Shown here piece by piece: positions 39,211-52,636 of a DNA stretch of 64,000 nucleotides (positions within the stretch are counted from its first letter, which is position 1; each line of letters opens with the position of its first letter). The notes beneath the pieces were generated by a model, which was given only the letters and a program-made list of their open reading frames with translations, ran no database searches and was not told the DNA's origin. The position numbers and the translations under genes are program-made. The stretch comes from Octopus sinensis (Eukaryota). The stretch spans positions 114,266,001 to 114,330,000 of the forward strand of contig NC_043003.1 of the NCBI RefSeq assembly GCF_006345805.1, written 5' to 3'.

Positions 39211-39430
39211 ACTCTTTTACTCTTTTACTTGTTTCAGTCATTTGACTGCGGCCATGCTGGAGCACCGCCTTTAATCGAGCAACTTGACCCCGGGACTTAT
39301 TCTTTTGTAAGCCCAGTACTTATTCTATCGGTCTCTTTTGCCGAACCGCTAAGTAACGGGGACGTAAACACACCAGCATCGGTTGTCAAGCAATGCTAGG
39401 GGGACAAACACAGACACACAAACATACACG

Positions 39431-39464
<34 letters not shown>

Positions 39465-39840
39465 TATGACGAGCTTCTTTCAGTTTCCGCCTACCAAATC
39501 CACTCAGAAGGCATTGGTCGGCCCGGGGCTATAGTAGAAGACACTTGCCCAAGGTGCCACGTAGTGGGACTGAACCCGGAACCATGTGGTTGGTTAGCAA
39601 GCTACTTACCACACAGCCACTCCTGCGCCTGTGTCTGTATTAGAAAACACTTGCCCAAGATGCCATGCAGTGGGACTGAACCCGGAACCATGTGGTTGGT
39701 TAGCAAGATACTTACCACACAGCCACTCCTGCGCCTGTGTCTGTATTAGAAAACACTTGCCCAAGATGCCATGCAGTGGGACTGAACCCGGAACCATGTG
39801 TTTGGTTAGCAAGATACTTACCACACAGCCACTCCTGCGC
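39211..39840 (-). mobile_element. SINE family A with a triplicated 106-bp tRNA-like head
   Basis: acacttgccc recurs at 39541, 39647 and 39753. Confidence 0.9.
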
Positions 39841-40322
39841 ATATATATATATATAAACTTGACAAGGGAAACAATACTCCCGAAGGTCACAGATATAGTC
39901 ACATCACGTGATTTCAAATTTTGATGCAGAGTGTCTTTATTCTCATCAGTGGTTCTTACTGCACCTAGGGTTAAGCTCAACTCGCCTCGTCAACTTATAT
40001 GAAAAAACGAAGAAAACATGTGTTGATTTCAAAAAAGGTAGAATTGTAAGCGATAAGTAATGTTGTTCGCTTATTAGCAAGTTTAAAACCTATAGACGTT
40101 ACTAAAGTGACAGAGGGTACAAAGTGGTACCAACATTGCTAGAAACAAGAGTCAAAACGACTCATTATCCACAAAAGCGCTATCTTCATCCTCTTCCGAT
40201 AATTCATTCATTTCTATTTATGCATTTCTCTTTCTCTTTCGTCATGTCTCTATCATCGTTCGACGCACCGATGACCCTGATTGGCAGATAAATATTTCAG
40301 AAAGAAAAACGAAGCAATACAC

Positions 40323-40408
40323 ATGGCGGTCATAGATCTTTCGAGCCTCGGGAGATCGATATGGTCGATATTCTCCGACAACGGCAGCAATTTGGGGGCT
40401 TTAAGTTG
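40323..40408 (+). mobile_element. Possible BEL/Pao-type integrase relic
   Basis: The short peptide LGRSIWSIFSDNGSNLGA resembles the RRG.P..I.SDNG.NF.GA integrase motif. No other retroelement domain was seen nearby. Confidence 0.3.
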
Positions 40409-41547
40409 ATGGGCTGCGAAAGGAATTCGGAGGAATGGTTCTTCACAGAACTGACTGAATGTATGATTAGTGAAGAGACTGAAAATAAGAATGAACACAA
40501 TATGGGGTTTAGAGAAAGCTCGTGTGTTTAAATGGATGACGTTCACAGAATTAGAAAGAAAATGTCATCGACAACATATTGATACTGGGAGAAATAGAGA
40601 ATTCACATCTCGTTAAAGTTTAATGGTAGTTCAACAGCAATGAAATTATTGACACGGTACATCTTACCAATCATATATTTGTCGTCCTCTTTAATTGCCG
40701 TTTCAGCCCTCATCGAATTGCCCTATCGTCGAGGGTACCCCGGGTTTCCTATCATATTTTGTATCACATAGTATAACTATTGCTGCATTTTATATTGTGC
40801 AATTTCTTTCTTTAAGACTTCAAAGAGTGAGTTGAAGGAAATTAGGCTGCTATATCTAGCATGACGTAAGATCACGCAGAAATTTTATCTTTGGCAGGTT
40901 TGTCTAGAAGGAAGGTTTGAGCCAAATATTTTAATAGTGGCAGCAACTAAGGAGAAAGATTGGGGTATAGATCGGTGCTTGGTAAGTATTTAGTAGTTTG
41001 GAATCGAAAGTATTGATTGCATTTCCGGTTGGAAGCGATCTGCTTTATCTCTAAAATGATGGACAGAAATGCGAGCAACTTGTTGCATTGGTTTAGTCTT
41101 TGGATATTTAAAACATGGTGGAAATTGGCAAGAAAGTCAATTCAGAAATTGAAGGAAACAGCCGAGTAAACTGAGAGGTATATTTAACGTCAGGTAGTAT
41201 AATAATATGTATATTAGTAGAGAGTTAATTGACTGAGATAATTAGGTGATTAATAAGTAATTAGTTGACGTAGTCGTCAGTAAATTAATTTGCATGGCGG
41301 TAGGCAAATAAGAAACCTGATACAGAGGAGGTCATACAATATTTCAAACTGTATGTATGATATAAATATTTATTATATTGCATATACACATATGTACGTA
41401 CCATGTATGCTTGTATTGGGTGTATGTGTGTGTATGTGCATATATGTATGTATGTATGTATGTATATGCGCATAAATATATATCTAGTGTGTATATATAT
41501 ATATATATATAATATATATATATATATTATATATATATTATATATTT

Positions 41548-42013
41548 TTTTGTTTCAATCTTTGACTGCGACTATGCTGGAACAACGCCTTTAGTCGAAA
41601 AAATCAACCCCAGGACTTACTCTTTGTAAGCCTAGTACTTATTCTATCGGTCTTTTGTGCCGAACCGCTACGTTACGGGTCGAAAAAATCGAGCCCAGGA
41701 CTTATTCTTTTTAAGCCTAGTACTTATTCTATCGGTCTTTTTGCCGAAGCGCTGCGATACGGGGACATAAACACACCGACATCGATTTTCAAGCGATGGA
41801 GGGGTGACAAACACAGACAAATAATCATATACATATATATACATATATACAACGGTCTTCTTTCAGTTTTCGTCTACCAGATCAATTTACAAGGCTTTGG
41901 GCGGTCTGCGTCTATAGTAGAAGTCACTTGCCGAAGGTGTCACGCAGTGGGGCTGAACCCGGAACCCTGTGGTTGGTTAGCAAGCTACTTACCACGCAAC
42001 TATTTCTGTTCCT
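41548..42013 (-). mobile_element. SINE family A (diverged, internal ~84-bp duplication) abutting U6
   Basis: Family A body. gtcgaaaaaatc occurs at ~41595 and ~41679. The diverged head aggaacagaaatagttgcgtggtaag starts at ~42013. Confidence 0.85.
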
Positions 42014-42015
42014 AC

Positions 42016-42123
42016 AAAAAAATGTGGAACACTTCACGAATTTGCGGGTCATCCTTGCGCAGGGGCCATGCTAATTTTCTATGTATCGTTCCAATTTTAG
42101 TATGTGTACTGCCGAAGCAGTTC
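42016..42123 (-). pseudogene. U6: U6 snRNA pseudogene, full length
   Basis: Minus strand GAACTGCTTCGGCAGTACACATACTAAAATTGGAACGATACATAGAAAATTAGCATGGCCCCTGCGCAAGGATGACCCGCAAATTCGTGAAGTGTTCCACATTTTTTT matches metazoan U6. The ACAGAGA box is changed to ACATAGA. Upstream is a (TC)n tract rather than PSE/TATA. Confidence 0.92.
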
Positions 42124-42127
42124 ATAA

Positions 42128-42201
<74 letters not shown>

Positions 42202-42467
42202 AATGTCACTTACATCATCAGAAGTTAGAAATTTATTGCGATTTTGCTTTTAAGAGAAGGGTTTGAAGAAAGTAGGGATTTGGTGCTATACATAATTATA
42301 TGTAAACGTTGAGTTAAAAAACTTCGGATGGGAAAAAGAGTTTATTTGCAATGGCTACAACGAGTTCCATCGTTAGAAAAACGAGTTATATATGTGTGTG
42401 TACATACACACACAGACACGCACACACACACAGACACACACACAAACACACACAAACTCATATATAT

Positions 42468-42880
42468 GGCGAGCTGGCAGAAACGTTAGCGCGCCGGGCG
42501 AAATGCTTAGCGGTATTTCGTCTGCTGCTACGTTCTGAGTTCAAATTACACCGAGGTTGACTTTGCCTTTCATCCTTTCGGGGTCTATAAATAAAGGACC
42601 AGTTTCGCACTGGGGTCGATGTAATCGACTTAATCCCTTTGCCTGTCCTTGTTTGTTCTCTCTGTGTTTAGCCCATTGTGGGTAGTAAAGAAATGGGCAT
42701 TTCGTCTGCTGCTACGTTCTGAGTTCAAATTCTACCGAGGTTGACTTTGCCTTTCATCCTTTCGTGGTCGATAAACAAAGGACCAGTTTCGCACTAGGGT
42801 CGATGTAATTGACTTAATCCGTTTGTCTGTCCTTGTTTGTCCCCTCTGTGTTTAGCCCCCTTGTTGGCAATAAAAGAAAT
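42468..42880 (+). mobile_element. SINE family B with dimeric (~182-bp x2) body
   Basis: Head ggcgagctggcagaaacgttagc. The unit tttcgtctgctgctacgttctgagttcaaat is repeated ~182 bp apart. Confidence 0.88.
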
Positions 42881-42886
42881 ATATAA

Positions 42887-42917
<31 letters not shown>

Positions 42918-43224
42918 CTGAGGGGTTAATTATAACCCTGGTCGTCATCAGTACCCCATGGCTAATTCTTGCTACCTTAGTATTCAAAGAATCAAAAGTT
43001 GATCCAAAACCTTCCATTAGTATAATCGGTGGTGGTGAGGTGGTAAGTTGGTGGGGTGGTACTACACAATTCCAAGGTCCTGTAGGTTTCATAGAAGCCC
43101 CGCAAGATGAAGAATAAAAATAAATGTTTAAATGAGGAATGGAAAAATCAAATTGACCGTCCAATTATCTTCGTAAATGGACGATATTTTTATTCCATAT
43201 TTCATACATTGTTATTTCATAAAT

Positions 43225-43637
43225 GGGATCCTTTCGGTTTGAACGGCAGTTATTTCTACCGGTGTCATATGAAATTGTCACCCATTATTATGACACTAGT
43301 ATCGATCTATTGCATTTCAATCTGTTTTAGGGTTGGGGTGGGGGAAAGGGTATCTTTTTTTCTTCACAAATGTAAATAAACCCAATCTGTTTCTTAAACG
43401 AGGGACATATTCATATGGCACAGAATGTTGTTTACCTCAATAGACGTAAGTGATTGGTTGAAATTGCAGATATTGAAGAAAAAAACAACAACAAATATCT
43501 TACAAAGTATAGAATTTTCTCAATAAAGCCAAGAGAAAAAGATGTTTTATAAACACATTCTACCAGTATACGAAGTTTAAAATTTTTTAGTTACCTAGAA
43601 ATTATGTTAAAAACTGCCGTTAAACCGAAAAGATCCC
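43225..43637. mobile_element. MITE copy 2 with perfect 6-bp TSD
   Basis: TIRs GGGATC...GATCCC, with ATAAAT at 43219-43224 and 43638-43643. Confidence 0.88.
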
Positions 43638-43663
43638 ATAAATGCCATAATACATGGAAATAT

Positions 43664-43740
<77 letters not shown>

Positions 43741-44029
43741 TCTCACCCAGTTCATTCGCTTCTTCATATCTCATGATTAGAAGGTACGATCACCGGGTAA
43801 ATGTTTTGTGAAGGTTTCATGTGGGTGTGTTGCAATATTTCCTTATACAATTACTTGTATTACATTAAAATTTTAGAAATTGCATAACAATGTATGAAAT
43901 ATCGAATAAAGAAATAATTCTAACGCCAAACTTCTCCTTTCCTCATTTCAATTCCTACTTTTATACACACGCGTGCAAGCACACGGGCGTGCACCCACAC
44001 TCACATATACATACACTGACAGACTGATA

Positions 44030-44105
44030 GCTAGACAGACAGACAGATAAATAGATAGATATATAGATAGATAGATATATAGATAGATAGATAGGTAGAT
44101 AGATG

Positions 44106-44142
<37 letters not shown>

Positions 44143-44160
44143 GTAGGTAGGTAGATAGAT

Positions 44161-44259
<99 letters not shown>

Positions 44260-44262
44260 CAG
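44030..44262. repeat. (AGAT)n microsatellite
   Basis: Direct reading. Confidence 0.95.
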
Positions 44263-44635
44263 ACATGAATATTTTGCTTTACTCATGGTTTGTTTCACCG
44301 TCACCTACAATACAAAAGTTTGTATGTGTTTTTAGGTGAAGAATATTAGAAAGTTTTAGAGGCTATGGTCTGTTTTCAATTTGTGGTGGTACTGGGAATG
44401 TTAGCATTTGGTTTGAATGATATTATTTTAATGTTAAATGGAAATTAAAAGCTTCTAAAAATAATTGTTAATTTGTAAATTTTAAAACTTATTCCTATCC
44501 ATGTACAATATCATAGCTATATATTCTGCAAATATGATATTAGGAGTTAAAATTACATTATGATTTAATAAAAATATGTACAAACAATTAGAATATCTTA
44601 GATTTGTTTCGTGCAAATATTCTGGTTTTGAATAA

Positions 44636-45015
44636 TCTTTATATATAAAAGAGAGGTTGTGTGCTGTCTGTCTCCTACGATTTAGATTTCCTAACTACTC
44701 CCACATTTTGCGGTGCAGTTTAACCAAACCGGGTATCTTATAGTCGTGATTCATATCGAGCCCTTAGGGTATTAGCGCGCGTCTACGATTTTTAAAAAGA
44801 AAATTACCATCAATTTCCCATTTTTTAATGCATTTTGGGTATAAGGGAAGGAAACTCTCTAAAAATTTATTATTAAACTCAGAACGTAAAAAGCTACAGT
44901 AACACCCCCCTTTGTGGTTAGCCATATTGAGATGGCTTTTATACTTTACATCTCTAAAAATGCTTTTATAGTTATTTCCCTTACAAACCCGAGCAACGCC
45001 GGGCGATACTGCTAG
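44636..45015 (+). mobile_element. Non-autonomous Helitron
   Basis: 5' A|TCTTTATATATAAAA. A 3' GC hairpin CCCGAGCAACGCCGGG (44988-45003) is followed by CTAG|T (45012-45016). There is no TSD. Confidence 0.8.
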
Positions 45016-45984
45016 TATTGAATAAAGTTAAAAATAAAGAAGGCCAGGATAGAGCAATATACTTCCGACTCGGTTTTGCATCCTGGCAGACTACCCTCAG
45101 TAAATGTCTAAATAATTATCCTGTCAGATAACTTGCTGATTTCTATGGATTCCCAGGTAGAGCTTCGGCTTCTAACGCTGTTGACACCATCGCACTGAAT
45201 GGTGCAGACCAGGCGTTGAAACCATAATGCTATCTGTTTGGCAGCTGATGATAGGAATGCATATTTGTGATGCTTGTTTGTGTATCTTTATATCCAAGTC
45301 TTGTAAATCTGAGTTGTCCTTCATTCTAGCGGAAAGCTTTGGTGGATTCACGGTCTGTGGAAATTACATTGTATGCTTTTATGCATACATAATCTTATTA
45401 AGCTTAGATAACGCTCAGATATTAGCGTCTTGTTCCCGGGGGAGGTTCTGTGGCAGATATATATTCACTTTAGTAATTCACGGATATTTATCAGTATTGA
45501 TGTGAATATTATAAGCAAAGCTCGGCTTCTGCTCAGATATAGATAGATAGCACTATCTACGTCTAACTATGTTTGTATATATGTGTGGTTGTATATACGT
45601 ATGTGTGTAGAAAAAGAGAGGGATGCATGCGTGTGTGTGTATGTGTGTGTGTGTGCGTGTTTGTGTGTGTGTGTGTGTGTGTTGATATGTGTGTCGTTGG
45701 CTATGTGCGACATCGTGTATTTCTCCGTTGAGACGATGAGTTAGTTCAAGTTTTGATATCATGGCGGAGATATTCCACTTGAAGTAAGCATGTAATGCAA
45801 TTGCTCGTTATTGCTTTATAGAAATAGAATCAACTCAACAATTTGTGTCGAATGCGGCATTTTTTGACTCACGTAATTAAATCTGTTATATATATATATA
45901 CACAAACAAACAATAAATACAGACATACATTACAATATATACATACGTCATACATTCATAGAAGCAATACAATATATAAATACA

Positions 45985-46207
45985 TGCAACATGCAAACAT
46001 ACATACATACATACATACATGCATACATACATGCGTACATACATACATACATACATACATACATACATGTATGCATACATACATACATACATACATTCAT
46101 ACATACATACATACATACATACATACATACATAAATTCATACATACATACATAAATTCATACATACATACATACATACATTACATACATACATACATACA
46201 TACATAC

Positions 46208-46238
<31 letters not shown>

Positions 46239-46270
46239 CATACATACATACATACATACATACATACATC
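45985..46270. repeat. (ATAC)n microsatellite
   Basis: Direct reading. Confidence 0.95.
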
Positions 46271-46328
46271 TATTATCAGATAAGTATTTGCAGCGAATGC
46301 TTTAAAAAAAGAAAAAAATTTTACTCAC

Positions 46329-46434
46329 CGCTTCTTCCAATTAATGAAGTAAACATTCCAGAGGGCACCCCCCTCCCACCGCCATCACTTGCTCCACCAT
46401 CCACTCCTCCTTCACTTCCCTCTTCCTCCAACAT
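46329..46434 (-). CDS. Candidate isolated coding exon, Gly/Glu-rich (MLEEEGSEGGVDGGASDGGGRGVPSGMFTSLIGRS), unknown gene
   Basis: GC-rich unique block. ATG has G at -3 and an in-frame upstream stop. Strong donor GCG|GTGAGT (phase 1) and possible acceptor ttcttcag| at 46445. No homology recognised. Confidence 0.35.
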
Positions 46435-46835
46435 GTCCGCCACCCTGAAGAACGTGCTCAACTCCAGTCCTCATAGACTAGTTTATGTTTCCAGTCACTT
46501 ATGCTGAACAGCAACAGTTACCTGATAATGAGAAATGAAGAAAAAATATTTTTATTCGAGTGAAAACGGTCAAAGAACGAATGTCCAAACTAAATTATAT
46601 TCGAGGATAATTATAATTTAAGAAATAACGAGTGAATCATTAAATATTTTTAGAATATAAATCCGTTTCACGGAATTCATTTAAAACGCTGCTGAATTTT
46701 AGTTTCCCTTTCACTTTTCTAGTCAGAAATGTCCTGTTATGTAAGGAAGTTAATCTCATCGAATGTCATTTCTTTGTTTTATTCTATACAAGCAATAATT
46801 TCAGTTTGTCTTAAATATTGCAAGAAACTTGAATA

Positions 46836-47030
46836 CGGCGAACTGGCAGAAACCTTTTGGACGCCGGACAAAATATTTAGCTGCATTTCGTCCGTCTTTA
46901 AGTTTGGAGTTCAAATTCAACTGTGCCTTGCATACATTCTGGCTCAATACCCGCTGAGCAATAGGGTCGAGGTAATCGAGTAACCACCCCACTAGAGTTG
47001 CTAGCCTTGGGCCAAAAGTTAGAAACCATT
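46836..47030 (+). mobile_element. SINE family B, old diverged copy
   Basis: ggcgaactggcagaaacc...gccggacaaaatatttagc...ttcaaattc. Confidence 0.6.
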
Positions 47031-48353
47031 ATTAATGGAAACGTAAACGTAAAAACTAATTAGAAATCAATCATGCAATGGCGAATAAACCAATATTAGT
47101 GAGCGACAAATTAGCAAGTATGTGAGGTAACTCTGGAATCGTTTCGATGTTATTCTGATCTCATCAGCTAAGCTAAGACTTGACAGAGTAAAGAAGTAAG
47201 AATAACTAAATAAATTTAACATCTAAATTGGTTGGCTTTGAAGAAATAGAATTGTTCACATGACCAAATCAATGAATATTTCGTCTGTTGATCGAATAAT
47301 ACGTCAGTTCAGCACCATTTAGAGTGATACAAATATTAAACTTTGTACTTTTCTTTAAAACCTACAGAATTATTAAAACGTGATGTAATTAAAACTATTT
47401 AATCCTTATCAGAACTCTTTAACTGGCGAGTATTTTGCGAGTATGTGGTAAAGAATTCGAAAGTCAGACCGAAGCTGGTTCGTGTCGAGAAACTCTACAT
47501 TCCCGATGCATTAGCATTCAAAGAAATGTCAAATACTTCGGTTAATTCACCACTAAGAAAAGAATGTGTCAAAAACAGCCTTTCACTAAAACAGGCTACC
47601 ATCAATACCATCCGGTGAGCAGAGGGTGAATGTCAGTAATTCGAAACCGTAATTTTCACGTAGCTTTTTTTCAGTTTGTAAAACTAAATATATTTCCGAT
47701 TGGGAAAAACTAAGGTGTTCTAAAACTAGTTTCCAGTGATTATTTTCCTGGATATACAAACCCTTCTAAAGTCCTTCTAACGTAAAGTTTTATCAGATTG
47801 ATCTATGCTGATTTCACATTCAGCTAGAGCTGTTGTTTGGTGAAAATAAACAGGTTTTAGAGGTATGAATGTTATAAATATTAAATATAACTAAACATGT
47901 TTGCTGAAAATGATGCGTGGAGTTTAATTTTGAATGAAGTGTATATAGAAGACATAAAGGATATGAATACTCCATGGCGGTTATTTTACTAACAATCAGT
48001 GTAAGAAGATAATAGATGTTATCAGGAGAACGTGCAGACAACAAGCATTGGAAGACGATCAACATATTCACTTGCAGCTTCCGGCCACTTTCACATCGTT
48101 GGCCTACCCAAGCACCAAGCAACTTCAAATGGGGCCACTGGCATTTGAAACAGCGTAATCTAAATTATGCGGATACAAAATGTAGCACAAACCTTTTTTT
48201 TTTAGTACTGACTGAAATTGTTCAGCAAATGTATATGTATGAGTGTGTATGTGTGTGAATGTATGTGTGTGTATCCGTGCGAGCGTGTATTCGTGTAGCC
48301 ATTTCTATATGTACATACACGGTCGTACATCAGCCATGTATACGTATATACTT

Positions 48354-48431
<78 letters not shown>

Positions 48432-49163
48432 ATACACATGCACATACTGACACATAAAGAAATGTCTCTTGTAATGAATACGACACAAAAAGAAAGCAAC
48501 GTAGCAGAAAAAAGTTTTAAGAGATGGTGCAGTAATTTAATGCATATAAAGAAGGAAAAAGATCTTGATGTTTCGGATACTAGTTCTTCATCGAAAACCA
48601 CAAAAATGAGAAAAGATTATTGGAAAAGTTATGGGTTGGGTGTGAATCAGTTTCTACGAAGAGAACTCGAGTGAAAGGATGATGCAGGGAGATTGGGCAG
48701 GTGTATATACATATATATTGTTGTATTTCGGAATGGTCATTTTGCCAGTTTAGCCAATAAAAACACACGCACTATATATTTGGTGATACTTTGCTTCAGT
48801 GTTATTTACTTTTTACATTAATCTTAATCTTATTTCGGCCAGAGTTCTTTCTTCACACTCCTGCGACCGCATCAGTGGTCCTTTGCTGTCTTCTTTCTTA
48901 CTAACAGTCAGCCATTTTGTATTTCTATTGTATCTGTCTTCATTTGCGCATGCGTATACAGCACTGGTAGATATTTCTTTCTATTTGATTTAAGGCTGCC
49001 ATTGTTTTCATGCGAAGAAAAATAGGGAAATATCCTAGTGCCTTAACAATTTTTCAAGCGAACATATGGAAAAATGTGTTCGCTTTTTAGTGACTAGATC
49101 TTATAAAGGAGCTGTTGAGGTGACGAACCACGAAACGTGGATGAAAATCCTCCTATAAGTATA

Positions 49164-49202
<39 letters not shown>

Positions 49203-49542
49203 CTGTCTAACTCGATAAATCTATTCTAGAACATGACAAGAACTTGTTATATCGGAACGAGGGCAAGGAAACAATACCGGAGGGTTCCTCCCCCCCATTT
49301 GAAATGAGAAGCTGAAAAGATGTAACTAATACACGGGAAGACATTTTTGACCGCTATCTCTGTCAATACTGCCAAGTTGGTATCTTAATTGTCAACGGCA
49401 GGGACAATGAGGGATAAACACTTATTTGCAGGAAGTAGCTCACAAACGCCCTCCAAGTTATAATTTAGCATCGTCAACTCTAGAATGGCATACCGTCTAA
49501 TATATTCAAATATAAATGTTATGTTTAAATATACATACATAC

Positions 49543-49615
<73 letters not shown>

Positions 49616-49620
<5 letters not shown>

Positions 49621-49831
49621 TAATATTAATTAGAGACAAAACCACTATTTTGCAAATCAAACAAAGAAAGACTTAATCTAATACATAAAAAAAAAATTTT
49701 GATATAAATTAAATAAAATATAATAGATATAATTTTATTTAATTTATATTAAAATTTTTTTTTATGTATTGATTAAGTCTTTCCTTGTTTGATTTGCAAA
49801 ATAGTGGTTTTGTCTCTAATTAATATTATAT
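49616..49831. repeat. Near-perfect palindrome (~105-bp arms, ~10-nt loop)
   Basis: The left arm attagagacaaaaccactattttgcaaatcaaac... is the reverse complement of 49732-49831, with ~3 differences. Confidence 0.92.
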
Positions 49832-49931
49832 AATATTTTACTATAAAATTGGATTCAATCATAAATCTGATTTTCCCTGTAAATTTGGATTTATTCCCTA
49901 ATATTTATTATTATATAAATATATATATATA

Positions 49932-49977
<46 letters not shown>

Positions 49978-50378
49978 AAGGGTTAATTGCAACAAGTTGC
50001 TCAAAACCACAAACCCATAATATTAGAAATAGCAGCCAAATAGGTAACTATTTCTACTACTAGTAAAAAAAGTCTCCACAAACAAACATAATTTGTAACC
50101 CGTATATGGTAAAGAGAAGAAGACAACGAAATCCCAGCCTATTGGATTAATTATAGACGAAATCGTTTCTGGATTAGAACCGAAAGTTCATTTCCTTGTC
50201 AATATAATATTTCCTATAAATCTAGAATGCTAGGAAAAAACTCACCATACACACACCAACTCGATCAGGCGACATCGAACGATATATACATGTATATATA
50301 TATATATATATTATATATATATATATATATATAATATACACATATATATATACATACATACATACACACACACATATA

Positions 50379-50432
<54 letters not shown>

Positions 50433-50447
50433 AGAGAGAGAGAGATA

Positions 50448-51310
50448 CAGCGTGCGATGGGTAATTTGTCACCATTTTATATTTTTAATTTCACGCATGC
50501 ACAGTCTTTTTTATTGATTTTGTCGACTACACAGTATAATAGGGTCAGCCGGGTACCGTCTGTGAGCAAAACAGCACCATGACACAATTCACTTTTCTAG
50601 AAAGTTTGAAATGACATGCTGCAATGCTTGGAATTCGCGTCGGAATCTCCAACACGAATGTTTCAGAGTATTGCGGTGTCAATCTGAGGACATGAACCGA
50701 TAGTGATAAAAGTCAAATATCCTGTTAACATTATGTTGTTTGGAGTGTTCACTAATGATGGCGACGTTATGCCTCCGTTCATCTTCCTACACAGCTTCAC
50801 ACTCAAAGCGGAGGCTTACATCAAGTGCCCGGAGGAGGTAGTTCTGCCCTCGGTCAAGAGGGTTGCTGCTGGAAGACCCTGTATCTAGCAACGGGATTCT
50901 CCACCATACCACACATTTTGGAGAACCCAGTCATGGCAGTCAAACAATTTCTGCGACCACATCACCCCTAACATCTGGCCACCTAACTCCCCAGACTGCA
51001 ACCCCTTTGTTTATTATATGTGGGGTGCAGTTGAGCGAGAGACCAACAAAACTCCTTGTGACACCGGAGATGGACTGATGACAACGATTATAGCAGCATT
51101 CACCAAATTAAACAAGGAGACTGTTCCAAAGAGTTGCAGGAGATTCCAAAGCCGTCTGGGTGGGTGGGTGGGGGTCTTGGCTGAAGCCAATGGCGATTTT
51201 ATTGAATAAATTTACTCTTTACTCTTTACTATGTTTACGTATATATATCTGATAAAGTGAGACGTCAGTGTTATTTTCATTTTAGACGACAGTTTATTCA
51301 CGGCACCCTG
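50448..51310 (+). mobile_element. Tc1/mariner superfamily, maT (DD37D) relic, internally deleted
   Basis: *QRDSPPYHT...IWPPNSPDCNPFVYYMWGAVE has 37 residues between the second D and the third catalytic position (GAT changed to GTT). Degenerate TIRs TA|CAGCGTGCGATGGGTAATTTGTC and 51288-51310 match at 16/23. Confidence 0.85.
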
Positions 51311-51336
51311 TGTTTGCGTCTGTGTGTCTGTGTGTG

Positions 51337-51395
<59 letters not shown>

Positions 51396-51560
51396 CTATT
51401 AGTAACGATATCTTTTCTAATAAACCAAGTCCAGGCACGAATAAACACGTACACACACGCACGCACACACACACACACACTCACGCCCACACACTCACAC
51501 ATACCACCACATACATATGTATAATCATGTGTATAAATTAATGCAAATATACTATATATA

Positions 51561-51626
<66 letters not shown>

Positions 51627-52636
51627 CATCTATAGACAGAGACACACAGACACACACACAAACATACATATACACATGCATACATATATACATAAATGTA
51701 CTTTAGAAAATTGGTAATGTGCTGGTGCTAGTGGCACCATGAATGGTATTTAAGCACTGTAAATGTTGAGTAGGTTCTTACGGTTCCTTAAATAAAGAAA
51801 AACAATCATAGGAAATAAAAGACAAATCTAATAAAAACGCTATCGATTTCCATGTAGAATTCTTGGCGGTTGCCCTTTCGTTTTCATTGTTTATTTATTG
51901 TTGTCCTTCCATTTAGACATTTTACAAGAATGCTTTAGTCTTCTCTTGTCACCGTTGACATCGTTTTTGTAGTTATTGTTGGTATTTTGGGCAGGGTTTT
52001 CGACGCCTACTGCACTCTTTGCATTTCTTCTTCTTCTTCTTCTTCTTCTCTTTCTTCTCCTCCTCCTTCTTCTTCTTCCTCTTCTTCTTCTTCTCCTTCT
52101 CCTCCCCTTCTTCTTCTTCTTCTTCTCCTTCTATTCTTCTTCTTCTATTCTTCTACTTCCTCTTCCGTCTTCCTTTTCACCGGCACATTTTGCACCACCC
52201 CTTCCCCTTCTTCTCTTCAGCCTTTTGTTGTTTTGCCTTGGTCATTTTCAAACATTTCCGCCACTACCACCGCTGCCCAATAACAACAACATCAACCTAC
52301 TACTACTACTGCTGCTGCTGCTTCACAATAGGCATCGCCTCGAACGTAAACTAAAAGTGACCCCTTCCGGTGCTCTCTCGATCTGCTACATTTAGCAGAA
52401 CCCATCCTACTATCGCAGCAAAGGACAGGTTGATTGGTATTACGAGCCTGTATATAGAAAATGGACGTGATGGTCACGCTTGGTAAACTTTTTATCAGAA
52501 ATTTGCTCAATTGGGATTAGTTTGAGATTAGACAACAATATCAGCAACAAACACATTACATCCAACAGTGCCAACGCCACCTTCACCGCCACCTCTAACG
52601 ATACTAATCCTTTCTGATTAATCGCAAAAATTAAAA

